A stretch of DNA of 64,000 nt, taken from positions 15,050 to 79,049 of the forward strand of contig DVMC01000066.1 in the NCBI GenBank assembly GCA_018715165.1. Reading direction: 5' to 3'. The notes under the pieces were generated by a model. It did not search any database. It had not been told where the DNA came from and saw only the letters and a program-made list of their open reading frames with translations. Both the position numbers and the translations under genes were made by a program. This document shows positions 8,067 through 18,200 of this stretch, one piece after another (position 1 is the stretch's first letter; each line of letters begins with the position of its first letter). This DNA is from Candidatus Limiplasma pullistercoris (GTDB taxonomy: Bacteria > Bacillota > Clostridia > Christensenellales > Aristaeellaceae).

Positions 8067-10055
8067 GTGATGCCAGGCCCGTTTTTGCCCGTCACGCCCG
8101 AAGAGGTTGCCCAACTGGGCTGGGACGCGCCCGATTTCGTCTATGCCGTGGGCGAGGCCTATGTGGATCATCCCTCCTTCGGGCATGCCATCATCGGCCG
8201 GGTGCTGGAGGCGGCGGGCTACCGCGTGGCCATGCTCTGCCTGCCGGAATACCACAGCGCGGAGGCGTTCAAGCGCTTCGGCAGGCCAAAGCTCGGCTTT
8301 CTGGTCTCCTCCGGCGTGATCGACAGCATGGTCAATCACTACACCGTCGCGCGCAAGCGGCGAAATACGGACGTGTACGCCCCCGGCGGGCGTGCGGGCC
8401 TGCGTCCCGACCGCGCGGTCACGGTGTACTGCAACCGCATCCACGAGGCGTATCCGGGCGTGCCGGTGCTTATCGGCGGGGTGGAGGCGTCGCTGCGCCG
8501 CTTTTCGCACTATGATTACTGGGACGACAAGGTGCGCCGCAGCGTACTGGTGGACAGCGCCGCCACGCTGCTGCTATACGGTATGGGGGAAAACACCATT
8601 CTGGACTGCTGCGACTGGGTGCGCCGCGGCATGCCCGCGTATGAGCTGCCCAAGCTGCGCGGCGTGTGCTACATGGCCAAGCAGCCCCCCAGGGATACGC
8701 TGCTCCTGCCCTCGCATGCCGAGGTCGCCGCGGACAAGCGCGCGTACTGCCAGGCCTTTCTGATGGAATATCAGGAGCAGGACCCCGTGCGTGGGCGCGC
8801 GCTGTGCCAGCAGCAGGACGCCCAGCGCTACCTGGTGCAGAACCCGCCTGCGCTGCCGCTTACGCGCCAGGAATTGGACCGCGTATACGACCTGCCCTTC
8901 ACCCGGCTCGCCCACCCGATGTACGACGCGCTGGGCGGCGTGCCCGCGCTCCAGGAGGTGCGCTTCTCCATCAGCGCGGTGCGCGGCTGCTTCGGCTCTT
9001 GCAGTTTTTGCGCCCTCACCTTTCACCAGGGGCGCATCGTATCCTCCCGCAGCGAGGAATCGCTGTTGAAGGAAGCGCGCCTTCTGGCCTCTTTTCCCGA
9101 TTTCAAGGGCTACATCCACGACGTGGGCGGCCCCACGGCCAATTTCCGCCAACCCGCGTGCGACCGCCAGCTGCGCGAGGGCGCATGCAGGAACCGGCAA
9201 TGCCTCTACCCCACCCCCTGCAAGCGCATGCGCGTCAGCCATGAAGAATTGATTTCCCTGCTTCGCAAGATGCGCGCCATTCCGGGCGTGAAAAAGGTGT
9301 TCATCCGCTCCGGCATCCGATATGATTATCTCATGGCCGACAAAAGCGACGCCTTCCTGACCGAGCTGTGCCGCTACCACATCAGCGGCCAATTGAAGGT
9401 CGCGCCGGAGCATATCAGCCCGAACGTGCTCTCCCGCATGGGCAAGCCCCGCCGCGAGGTATACGAGGCCTTTGTGGACCGCTACAACGCTGTCAACCGT
9501 AAATACGGCCTGAACCAATACCTGGTGCCGTATCTGATGAGCAGCCATCCCGGCAGCACCCTGCGCGACGCGGTGGAGTTGGCGGAATATCTGCGCGACA
9601 CGGGACATCAGCCGGAGCAGGTGCAGGATTTTTACCCCACGCCGGGCACGCTGAGCACCTGCATGTACTACACCGGGCTGGTCCCGCGCGACATGCAGCC
9701 CGTATATGTGCCCAAAAGCCCGCATGAAAAAGCCATGCAGCGCGCCCTGTTGCAGTACCGCAACCCGGCCAATCACGACCTGGTGCGCGAGGCGCTGCGG
9801 CTGTGCGGCAGGGATGATCTGATCGGCTTCGGCCCGCATGCGCTGGTTCCGCCGCGCACGATCCGCGCATCGGCAGACGGGCGTTCCCGCCAAAAGGCTG
9901 CCCATGAGGAGAAAGGCGTTCGAACGCAAAGAAGCGTCTCCGCCCGGTCAAACGTTCCCACAGCTCGCCGTGCGGAGCGGACAGGCCGCCAGACGGACCG
10001 CGCCGTATCCCGGCGTGACAGCCGCGCCAGTCGCAGAGGAGGCGGGCGCTCATGA
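8067..10055 (+). CDS. ygiQ: YgiQ family radical SAM protein (UPF0313)
   Basis: The N-terminus FLPVTPEEV..GWD.PDFV.V.GEAYVDHPSFG is typical of YgiQ. Radical SAM cluster CFGSCSFC. Basic C-terminal tail. Confidence 0.9.
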   Translation: MMPGPFLPVTPEEVAQLGWDAPDFVYAVGEAYVDHPSFGHAIIGRVLEAAGYRVAMLCLPEYHSAEAFKRFGRPKLGFLVSSGVIDSMVNHYTVARKRRNTDVYAPGGRAGLRPDRAVTVYCNRIHEAYPGVPVLIGGVEASLRRFSHYDYWDDKVRRSVLVDSAATLLLYGMGENTILDCCDWVRRGMPAYELPKLRGVCYMAKQPPRDTLLLPSHAEVAADKRAYCQAFLMEYQEQDPVRGRALCQQQDAQRYLVQNPPALPLTRQELDRVYDLPFTRLAHPMYDALGGVPALQEVRFSISAVRGCFGSCSFCALTFHQGRIVSSRSEESLLKEARLLASFPDFKGYIHDVGGPTANFRQPACDRQLREGACRNRQCLYPTPCKRMRVSHEELISLLRKMRAIPGVKKVFIRSGIRYDYLMADKSDAFLTELCRYHISGQLKVAPEHISPNVLSRMGKPRREVYEAFVDRYNAVNRKYGLNQYLVPYLMSSHPGSTLRDAVELAEYLRDTGHQPEQVQDFYPTPGTLSTCMYYTGLVPRDMQPVYVPKSPHEKAMQRALLQYRNPANHDLVREALRLCGRDDLIGFGPHALVPPRTIRASADGRSRQKAAHEEKGVRTQRSVSARSNVPTARRAERTGRQTDRAVSRRDSRASRRGGGRS

Positions 10056-10417
10056 ATCTGGACGCCTACTGGCGCGCCGTTCTGGCGCAGGATGCGGACG
10101 GTATGCGCGCCTTTCTTGCACCGGACGCCGTCATTTGCTGGCCCAATACGGGCGAGCGCTTTTCCGCGGAGACATTTATCCGGGTCAACTGCGCCTATCC
10201 CGGGGCGTGGAAGGGCGGGCTGGAGCGCGTGGAGTATGCCGGGGACGTAGCCGTCTGTGTGGTCCGGGTCCAATCGGCGGATGACGCCAGCTCCCTGCAT
10301 GCGGTTTCCTTTCTGCGCCTTGACGGAGAGAGGATCGCGCGCATCGACGAATACTGGAGCGACGACGGCCCCGTGCCGTCGTGGCGGCAAAAGCTGCTGG
10401 GGAGCTCAGAAACATGA
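10052..10417 (+). CDS. NTF2-like (SnoaL/DUF4440-type) small protein
   Basis: 121 aa. ATGA start/stop overlap with ygiQ. The size and sequence pattern (YWRAVLAQDADGMRAFLAPDAVI.WP) resemble nuclear transport factor 2 family proteins. Confidence 0.55.
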   Translation: MNLDAYWRAVLAQDADGMRAFLAPDAVICWPNTGERFSAETFIRVNCAYPGAWKGGLERVEYAGDVAVCVVRVQSADDASSLHAVSFLRLDGERIARIDEYWSDDGPVPSWRQKLLGSSET

Positions 10418-10443
10418 AGTCAATGAAAAAGTGAATTTGAAAA

Positions 10444-10469
10444 GCGCGGACCGCATGTGCGGTCCGCGC
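10444..10469. terminator. Bidirectional intrinsic terminator between convergent genes
   Basis: gcgcggaccgca/tg/tgcggtccgcgc is a perfect GC-rich stem. T-rich sequence follows it on both strands. Confidence 0.7.
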
Positions 10470-10482
10470 CAGTCTTTGTTTG

Positions 10483-11232
10483 TTAGAGCTCCTTGACGGC
10501 GCTGAGCAGCTCCGCCGGAGCGAAGGGAAAGTGCAGAATGCCGGCAATCTCGCCCGCGATTTCCCCGGACTGAATAAAGAACACCACGTTTCCGTCCCCA
10601 TCCAGATAAAAGTCCGATTCGGGGCTGAACGCGCCGGTCAACTGCTCCTTCGTCAGCCCATCCAGATAGTCGCCGTCGGCGTTCTGGCTGTCGCGCTCCA
10701 CGATGCGCCAGATCAGCTCATAGGCCAGCTGTTCGGCCACGCTCTGTCCATCGCTGAGCTCGTCCCCCTCCTCCTCCAGCCCCAGCACCTGCGAAAGGCT
10801 CACGGGTTGGCCGGCATAGAGACCGTCACGCGCGAATGTATCGGCGGAAATGCTCACATTCTCCCCGCCTCCTCCCAGTGTGGTGGAGGTGAGAACCACG
10901 CTCACGTACCGGCTGGAATCATGCGTCACCTCAAAGTCGATGGATGCGTCCAGCGGCTCCGTCAGGTTCTGCATATCCTGCGCCATGGCCTGATAATAGG
11001 CGTTGATGGCCTTGTCGGCGTCCGTCCAGGCGTCAAACTGGGGATACCGGTAGCGAAGGGTAGCGCTTTCCATCACGCCATCCGCCTGCCAGACGTGTTC
11101 GCCGGTCAGGGCGTCCGCCAGGGGCAGCACATCGGCGGGCGTGGGGGCCTGCGTACCGGCCTCCATGGCAAGCGCGGCCGCGCACGCCAGCGTAAGGAAC
11201 AGCGTCAGGCACAGCGCAGCCGCTCTTTTCAT
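10483..11232 (-). CDS. Secreted or lipoprotein, DUF4163/DUF3298 (RsiV/PdaC-like) type
   Basis: Signal peptide MKRAAALCLTLFLTLACAAALA. RYPQFD...ADKAINAYYQ resembles the DUF4163 N-terminal motif. Confidence 0.5.
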   Translation of the reverse strand: MKRAAALCLTLFLTLACAAALAMEAGTQAPTPADVLPLADALTGEHVWQADGVMESATLRYRYPQFDAWTDADKAINAYYQAMAQDMQNLTEPLDASIDFEVTHDSSRYVSVVLTSTTLGGGGENVSISADTFARDGLYAGQPVSLSQVLGLEEEGDELSDGQSVAEQLAYELIWRIVERDSQNADGDYLDGLTKEQLTGAFSPESDFYLDGDGNVVFFIQSGEIAGEIAGILHFPFAPAELLSAVKEL

Positions 11233-11250
11233 GGTAAAACGCTCCTTTGC

Positions 11251-12297
11251 TTAGCCCTGGTACAGCTCGTTGGCCACAAAGCTGTTTTCCAGATACGAGG
11301 TGTACATGCTGTACTGGTTCATCAGCGAGGTCAGGAAGCGCAGCTGCGCCTGGTAGATGTAGCGGTCGGTCACGATGTAGACCTCAAAGACGTAGTAGCC
11401 GTCCTCGGTGGTGTAGGCCACGGTGCCGTACTGGGATTCCTCGTTGATGGTCGAACTGCTACCCGTGATGCCGTTGGCGATGATGCCCACGTAATCGGTC
11501 AGGTTGGCGCCGTTGGTGTTGTCGATGCGCTTGGCCATGAAGCTGGCGCTGCCATCGGGCAGCTCGGCGGATACGCCGTCATCGCTCTCCACCAGCAGAT
11601 CGTCGGTGAACACAGCGGGGTAGAGCAGCGTGAAGCCCAGATGGCTCTCGTACTCCACGGCGATCTGATCGAAGTAGCCCTGCATGGCATCCTCCAGGGA
11701 CAGGTCGGTGCCCACGGAGTAACCCATCAGGCGGAAGCCGTTGAGCGCGGTGGAATCGCTCTGGAAGGTGAATACCGCGCGCTCCAGCCACTGGATGTTG
11801 CTGTAGTCAGCTTCGGTCATCTCGCGCATGGGCTTGTCCGCCAGGTAGATCTCGCCGATGATCTGCACGGTGGTGTTGTCGGCGCCGGGATTCACCGTGA
11901 CGGGATGGAAGCCGATGAAGCCGTTGACGTCGTCGGTCATCACCACGGGCTCCAGCTGGGGCAGCTGCGCGGCAAAGATCTTGCCCAGCAGCTCGGCCTG
12001 GGCGTTGGTATCGTTGATCATGTCAGCGGTGACGCCCACCTCCGCGCCATAGGTCTGGCCCACCTTGAAGAACGCGTCGGTAAAGGAAACGGTCAGCACC
12101 CCATCCGCTCCGGGAACGGATTCGGGCGCGTTGGGAGAGTATTGCGAGGCCGCGCATACCAGGTCCATCAGAGGGGTCAGGGCCTCAAAGTCCGCCATGT
12201 CCTGGGTTCCTTCGGCCAGGGCGCCAGCGCCCGCCGTCAGCGCAAGGCACAGGGCAGCAACCAGGGAGATCACCTTCCGTACGGTGCGATTGATCAT
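11251..12297 (-). CDS. Secreted protein of unknown function
   Basis: GGAGGAGG lies 8 nt before the ATG at 12297. Signal peptide VISLVAALCLALTAGAGALAEG. I recognise no family. Confidence 0.7.
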   Translation of the reverse strand: MINRTVRKVISLVAALCLALTAGAGALAEGTQDMADFEALTPLMDLVCAASQYSPNAPESVPGADGVLTVSFTDAFFKVGQTYGAEVGVTADMINDTNAQAELLGKIFAAQLPQLEPVVMTDDVNGFIGFHPVTVNPGADNTTVQIIGEIYLADKPMREMTEADYSNIQWLERAVFTFQSDSTALNGFRLMGYSVGTDLSLEDAMQGYFDQIAVEYESHLGFTLLYPAVFTDDLLVESDDGVSAELPDGSASFMAKRIDNTNGANLTDYVGIIANGITGSSSTINEESQYGTVAYTTEDGYYVFEVYIVTDRYIYQAQLRFLTSLMNQYSMYTSYLENSFVANELYQG

Positions 12298-12378
12298 GTT
12301 GTCATCCTCCTCCATGTGATGCAAATCGGCTTTGTTCGCCGGTTCGGTACGCTCATATAACGCGTCGGCATGGATGTT

Positions 12379-13233
12379 TCATCCACGTTTCGCAATATAT
12401 TCCGCGGCGCTGATGGCGGCGATGTTGCCCTCGCCTACAGCCTTGGGCACCTGCAGGGGCTTGCCGGTGCAGTCGCCCGCCGCAAAAACGCCTGGAATAT
12501 TGGTTCGCATCCCCCGGTCCACGGGGATGTAGCTGCCCTCGGTCCGAAGGTCCGCCAGCAGCATGGACAGCGGCATCGCCGCCCGGAAAATAAAAATGCC
12601 GTCGTAGCGCCGTTCGCCCTTGTCGGTGTGCAGCACCAGCGCCTCGCCGTCCCGCGAGATGGCGCGCGGCTTTTCCTCCACGGGGAGAATGCGCGCATCC
12701 AGCCCGGCGGTATCGTGCGCCTTCAGCCGGTAGTAATCCAGCTCCGCCGCCAGCCCGGCCAGAAAGGCGCTTTCCTCCACGCCCTGCGCCGATCCGCTCA
12801 GCACCGCGATACGCCTGCCGCGGTAGAACATGCCGTCGCACGTGGCGCAGTAGCTGACCCCCTGCCCCAGCTGCTCCTCCTCGCCCGGCAGAAGCGCGGG
12901 GCGTGCGGCTCCCATGGCCAGCAGCACCGTTTTGGCTTCCATCACGTCGTTTTCCACCAGCAGCATAAAGCCGTTTTCCGTGGGCATGATCTGCCGCACC
13001 AGCCCAGCCCGCTCCTGCGCGCCAAGCTCGAGGGCCTGGCTGCGGAAGCTCTCCAGCATTTGCTCGCCGGAGGCATGCGGCATGCCGGGGTAGTTGTCGA
13101 TGCGCTCCGCCGCGCGCAGCAGTCCCGCGTCGCCTGCGGGCGCGATCACCGTCGCCGAAAGGCCGCGCATGCGCGCCGTCATGGCGCAGGACCATCCTGC
13201 CGGACCTTTTCCCACGATTGCGATGTCCGTCAT
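12379..13233 (-). CDS. Thioredoxin-reductase-like flavoprotein lacking NAD(P)H-binding motifs (possible ferredoxin-dependent FFTR type)
   Basis: GGGAGG SD before the ATG at 13233. FAD motif IVGKGPAG, redox-active CATCDG and C-terminal FAAGDCTG are present. The GGGxxA and HRR NADPH motifs are replaced by VLSGSAQG and RLKAHD. Confidence 0.8.
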   Translation of the reverse strand: MTDIAIVGKGPAGWSCAMTARMRGLSATVIAPAGDAGLLRAAERIDNYPGMPHASGEQMLESFRSQALELGAQERAGLVRQIMPTENGFMLLVENDVMEAKTVLLAMGAARPALLPGEEEQLGQGVSYCATCDGMFYRGRRIAVLSGSAQGVEESAFLAGLAAELDYYRLKAHDTAGLDARILPVEEKPRAISRDGEALVLHTDKGERRYDGIFIFRAAMPLSMLLADLRTEGSYIPVDRGMRTNIPGVFAAGDCTGKPLQVPKAVGEGNIAAISAAEYIAKRG

Positions 13234-13366
13234 TTCAACCTCCCGTGGCGTGGAACATACCGATACCACACCTTGATAAAGTATATCAAAATCATTACTA
13301 AAATACAAGGCTTTTCAAGCGATTATAACAAATGTGTTACAAAATTCTATTCCTCCTATAAAACAA

Positions 13367-13397
13367 CCGGCCGCCCCCTGCGCAGGGACGGCCGGCC
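13367..13397 (-). terminator. Intrinsic terminator downstream of the 508-aa secreted-protein gene
   Basis: ccggccg(c/t)ccc...gggacggccgg GC-rich stem. On the minus strand it is followed by ttgtttta. Confidence 0.6.
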
Positions 13398-13415
13398 TTC
13401 TATGCGTCATTTTCC

Positions 13416-14942
13416 TTATTCCAGCGAGCTGAACAGCAGCAGCTCAAAGCAGGGATAGCTTTCGGAATCCTCTTCCTCGCCTTCCACGCCTGTGCTCAAC
13501 GACATGCCCGCACAGGTGCCGTACATCATCACCCGTTCATCCACCTGGAAATTGGGCCTTTCGTCGGTGGTGACAAGGATGATGTTGCTGTATTCGCCGC
13601 TCTTGCGGTTAAGCGCCATGCGGACGACATACATATCCCCGCTTTCGCCGATGTCCACGATGTAGGCCTTGTAATCCATGATGCGGCCCTCGTAGCCCTC
13701 CATCTTGTCGATCAGCTGACTGTAGGAAGGCGAGATGGCCTGCTTGTTAAGATAGTCCATCATGTCCTCGTCCGTCCATACGCGGTTGAAGGAGAAGGTG
13801 AACCGCCGATCCGCCAGTTCCTTTTTGCTGAACACCAGCACCGCCTCGTAGCTGCCCTCTTCCTCCACGTCCAGGGTGACGGTGAACTTGCCGGCGCTGG
13901 TGACCTTCTTGCTCGCCACATCCTCTCCGTTCAGGAACACCTGGATGGAGGCGCTGGGCTCGGCGGTTCCGGCGATCTCCACCTCGTCCTCCGTCACGGT
14001 ATCGCCGGGCTTGGAGGTGAAGTTGACGGTGAGCAGCGTGCGCTGGTAGGTAACCGGATAGGCGAGCTCCGCCACCTCCTCGCCCTGGTATTCGCCGGTG
14101 ATGGTGATGAGGAACACGCCCTCCCTGGGCAGGCTGATGGGCAGCGCGAATTTTTCATTTTTTCCCACCGTGACCTCCGTCACAATGGGCTCGGGATAGC
14201 TCAATCCCATCACCACGGCGGTCAGGCTCACGCCCTCGGCCGCAGTGCCCTCGATTTCAAATTCCTGATCGTTGGTTTCGGTGGGAGGTTCATCCGAAAT
14301 GAGGATGCGGGCGCTGGCCTTGGGCGGGAGGGGCAGCACCTCCACAAAGGTAAAGGTCTCCCAGATTTTGTTGAGGTTGGTATTGTCCTTCTCGGTGGTG
14401 GAACGGCCATAGATCTGCATGTCAAAGTCGATCTCGTAGCCGTTGCGGATGGTGCGGCGCATAAAGCCGCGATAAAGGATTTCGCCGTTGTCGCGCCGGG
14501 TGTAGCGCAGCACCAGGAAGCGGCCGTTATCGGTGTTTTTCCATTCGGAGGTGGTAAACTCGTACCCCTCGTATTCGTTCTTGGGATAGTGGCTGGTGCG
14601 GTAGACGCCGCGCACGTCGCTGGTCTGCTCGTTGACATCGAAGATGGAGGCGGACTGCTCGTTCTGCACGGCACGCAGCTCAAAGCATGCGTCTCCCTCC
14701 TCCGTCCAGGCCTGCAAAAGCACGCCGCGGGCCAGAAAATCATTGGACGCTATTTCCATGGAGGAGCCGCGCGCCTCCAGCCAGTCGGCATAATCCGCCA
14801 GGTTGTCCGGCGTGAGCACGATGTAGCCCTCCGGCATTTCCATGGTGGCGTAAAGCTGGTCAAACACATAGGTTTCCGCCAGAGCGGGCGCGCATGCCAG
14901 CAGCAGCAAAAGCAACAAAAGACACGGAATTGCTTTGCGCAT
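13416..14942 (-). CDS. Secreted protein of unknown function with two tandem Ig-like repeats
   Basis: Signal peptide MRKAIPCLLLLLLLLACAPALAETY. An internal repeat pair is visible: EIEGTAAEGVSL... and EIAGTAEPSASIQVFLNG...KFTV. Confidence 0.7.
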   Translation of the reverse strand: MRKAIPCLLLLLLLLACAPALAETYVFDQLYATMEMPEGYIVLTPDNLADYADWLEARGSSMEIASNDFLARGVLLQAWTEEGDACFELRAVQNEQSASIFDVNEQTSDVRGVYRTSHYPKNEYEGYEFTTSEWKNTDNGRFLVLRYTRRDNGEILYRGFMRRTIRNGYEIDFDMQIYGRSTTEKDNTNLNKIWETFTFVEVLPLPPKASARILISDEPPTETNDQEFEIEGTAAEGVSLTAVVMGLSYPEPIVTEVTVGKNEKFALPISLPREGVFLITITGEYQGEEVAELAYPVTYQRTLLTVNFTSKPGDTVTEDEVEIAGTAEPSASIQVFLNGEDVASKKVTSAGKFTVTLDVEEEGSYEAVLVFSKKELADRRFTFSFNRVWTDEDMMDYLNKQAISPSYSQLIDKMEGYEGRIMDYKAYIVDIGESGDMYVVRMALNRKSGEYSNIILVTTDERPNFQVDERVMMYGTCAGMSLSTGVEGEEEDSESYPCFELLLFSSLE

Positions 14943-15116
14943 GATGTCACATCCTTCTTCAATCCTTTTGCGGCGCATGGCGGGCCGGGAAAGCCCGGCG
15001 CAGTGTCACAGGCAAACCGTATGTTTTATTGTAACATAAAGCGCCCATGCAGGCAACCGACCGCAGGGGACATTTTACATTTTGACCCGCCGCGTTGTAT
15101 TTCCTTTGTACCGGGC

Positions 15117-15145
15117 TTGCCATGGGAATAACGGACCGGTATAAT
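15117..15145 (+). promoter_or_regulatory. Sigma-A-type promoter candidate (TTGCCA-17-TATAAT) upstream of gltB
   Basis: ttgcca at 15117-15122, tataat at 15140-15145, with an exact 17-nt spacer. Confidence 0.5.
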
Positions 15146-15153
15146 GGGCATGT

Positions 15154-15191
15154 GCTCAAAGACGAGTTTCGTCTTTGAGCGCGTTTTTTTT
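15154..15191 (+). terminator. Intrinsic-terminator-like hairpin plus U8 inside the gltB leader (candidate attenuator)
   Basis: gctcaaagacg/agttt/cgtctttgagc forms an 11-bp perfect stem followed by gcg and eight T. It ends 57 nt before the gltB ATG. No plus-strand gene lies upstream for it to terminate. Confidence 0.6.
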
Positions 15192-15247
15192 AGTATTTTT
15201 CGCCGGAGCGCCGCCGCCTCCGGCGTCGGAACAGGAGGACTGACGAT

Positions 15248-18200
15248 ATGAACGGTTCATCCATGGGGTATCCCGGCCAACGGGGAATGTATTCTCCCGC
15301 CTTTGAGCATGATGCCTGCGGCATCGGCATGATCGTGGACATCGCCGGCAGGCGGTCGCACGAAATCGTCACGCAGGCCCTGAGCATCCTGAAGAATCTG
15401 GAGCACCGGGGCGGAGCGGGCGCAGAGCCGGACACGGGCGACGGCGCGGGCATCCTGACCCAGCTGCCGCACACCCTTCTGGAAAGGGAATGCCGGCTGG
15501 GCGGCATCGTGCTGCCCGCACCCGGCCGCTACGGCGTGGGCATGCTGTTTTTAAGCCGGGACGAACGCCGCCGCATGGCCGCCGAAGCCGCTTTTGAAGC
15601 CATTGTGCGTGAGCAGGGACAGCGGTTTCTGGGCTGGCGGAGCGTGCCGGTCAATGCGTCCACGCTGGGAAAGACCAGCCGGGCCTGCATGCCGGTCATC
15701 CGCCAGGCCTTCATCGAAAAAAGCGCGGATCTCGACGGCGAGGATGCCTTTGAGCGCAAGCTCTACCTCATCCGTCGGATTGCCGAAAAACGCCTCCGCT
15801 ACGCGCCGGACGCCCGGCCGGGGGATTTTTATGCCGCCAGCCTGTCCTGCCGCACCATCGTCTATAAGGGCATGCTGCTCAGCCGTCAGGTATCCCGGCT
15901 GTATCTGGATTTGAATGACCTGGACTACGACACGGCCATCGCTCTGGTACACAGCCGCTATTCCACCAATACCTTCCCCAGCTGGGAGCGGGCGCATCCC
16001 AACCGCTACACCATTCACAACGGAGAAATCAACACCATCCACGGCAACTGCAAGCGCATGAACGCCCGACAGAGCCATGTGCATACCGGCCTGTTCGGGG
16101 ATGATCTTTCGCAGGTGTTTCCCATCGTCAACGACGACGGCAGCGACAGCGCCATGTTTGACAACGCGCTGGAATTTCTGCTGCTGACCGGCCGAACGCT
16201 GCCCCACGCGGCGATGATGATGATTCCCCAGCCCTGGGAAAAGGACCGGACCATGAGCCGTGAGCTTCGCGCATTCTACGAGTTTCACAGCCATGTGATG
16301 GATGCGTGGGACGGTCCCGCCGCCATGGCCATGACCGACGGCGTGCAGGCGCTGGCCATGCTGGACCGCAACGGCCTGCGGCCCGCCCGCTACCTGATAA
16401 CCACGGACGGCCTGCTGGTGATGGCCTCCGAAACGGGCGCGCTGGAGCTTCCCCCCGAGCGGGTATTGCGCCGCGACCGCCTGCGGCCCGGCCGGATGCT
16501 GATGGTGGATACCCGCGCAGGGCGTCTTATGGATGATGCGGAGATCAAAAGCCGCATGGCTTCCCTCTACCCCTATGACCAATGGATTGCCAAGCTCGGC
16601 CTGCGCCTTGACGACCTGCCCGCGGCCGCCGCGCCCGAAGAGGGCGCGCCTCTGTGGCAGCTGCAAAAGGCCTTCGGCTACACCTGGGAGCAGGTGCGAA
16701 ACGTGATTCTGCCCATGGCGGAGCAGGGCGCGGAGCCGCTGGCCTCCATGGGCGCGGACCTGCCCCTGGCCATTCTGTCGGACAGGCCGCAGCCGCTCTT
16801 TGCCTACTTTCATCAGCTCTTCGCCCAGGTGACCAACCCGCCCATCGATGCCATCCGCGAGGAAATCGTCACCTCCACGCTGGTCTACCTCGGGCCGGAG
16901 GGGGATCTGCTCTCCCCTTCGCCCCAAAGCTGCCGTCAGCTGCGCCTGTCCTCTCCCCTGATGACGGACGAGCAGCTGGCCCGGCTTCGCGGGCTGGATA
17001 CCGAAGGTTTGCGGGCCCTGACCGTGTCCATCCTCTACGAGGCGGCACAGGGCGAGGCGGGGATGCGCGGTGCGATGGACCGCGTCTTTTGCGCGCTGGA
17101 CGAGGGCTTTGAAAAGGGATACAACCTCTTTATCCTGACCGACCGCGGCGTGGATGCGGAGCATGCCGCCCTCCCCTCGTTGCTGGCGGTCAGCGGAGTG
17201 CAGGCGCATACCCTGCGGCGCGGCATCCGCACGCAGATGAGCATCGTGTTGGAGAGCGGCGAGCCTACGGCGGTACACCACTTTGCAGCTCTGGTGGGCT
17301 ATGGGGCCACCGCCATCAACCCTTACCTGGCGCTGCGCACCGTGCGGGAGGCCGTGCGGGAGGAGCGTCTTGCAGGTTTTTCGGAGGAGGAGGCTCAGAC
17401 GCGGTATCTGCACGCGGCGGTAAAGGGCGTGGTAAAGACCATGTCCAAGATGGGCATCTCCACCGTGCAAAGCTACCGCGGTTCGCAGCTGTTCGAGGCC
17501 GTGGGCCTGAGCCGCGCGCTCATCGACGAATACTTTCCCGAAACCGTCAGCCGCATCGGCGGCATGGGGCTAGACGGGGTGGCCAAGGAGAACGCCGCGC
17601 GGCATGACGCCGCCTTCCACGATCCGCTGGGCGGGACGGCGCTGGCCCCGGGCGGCGAATTTCAATGGCGCAGGGAGGAGGAGTATCATCTCTATAACCC
17701 CGAAACCATCCGCCTGTTGCAGCAGGCCGTCTGGAACGACGATTACGGCATGTTCCGGCAGTACACCGCCCGCCTTGACGGCAGCGAGCGCAAGGCCACC
17801 CTGCGCAGCCTGATGGACCTGCGGCCTGACCGTTCGCCCGTGCCTCTGGACGAGGTGGAAAGCGAGGACGTGATCGTCAGGCGCTTCAAGACCGGTGCCA
17901 TGAGCTATGGTTCGCTGAGCAGGGAGGCGCACGAGTGCCTGGCCATCGCCATGAACCGTCTGGGCGGCAAGAGCAACAGCGGCGAAGGCGGCGAGGATGA
18001 GGACCGCTACCTGCCCGATGCAAACGGGGACAACCTCTCCAGCGCCATCAAGCAGGTGGCCAGCGGACGCTTCGGCGTGACCAGCAGCTATCTCACCCAT
18101 GCCAGGGAGCTGCAAATCAAAATGGCGCAGGGCGCCAAGCCGGGCGAAGGCGGGCAGCTTCCGGGGGAAAAGGTCTATCCCTGGATCGCCAAAACGCGCC

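Noticed and set aside
10480-12360. 626-aa plus-strand ORF
   Set aside because: It is antisense to two secreted-protein genes that have signal peptides and good SDs. It is a shadow ORF.
13323-13342. Rex-box-like inverted repeat (TTGTAAC-N6-GTTATAA on the minus strand) upstream of the TrxR-like gene
   Set aside because: The half-sites deviate from TTGTGAA/TTCACAA at key positions. The repeat overlaps an extended -10 (TGtTATAAT), which explains the AT-rich sequence equally well.
15021-15131. 36-aa small ORF (MFYCNIKRPC...) in the gltB upstream region
   Set aside because: It has no SD and is the tail of a longer antisense shadow ORF. I have no supporting evidence.
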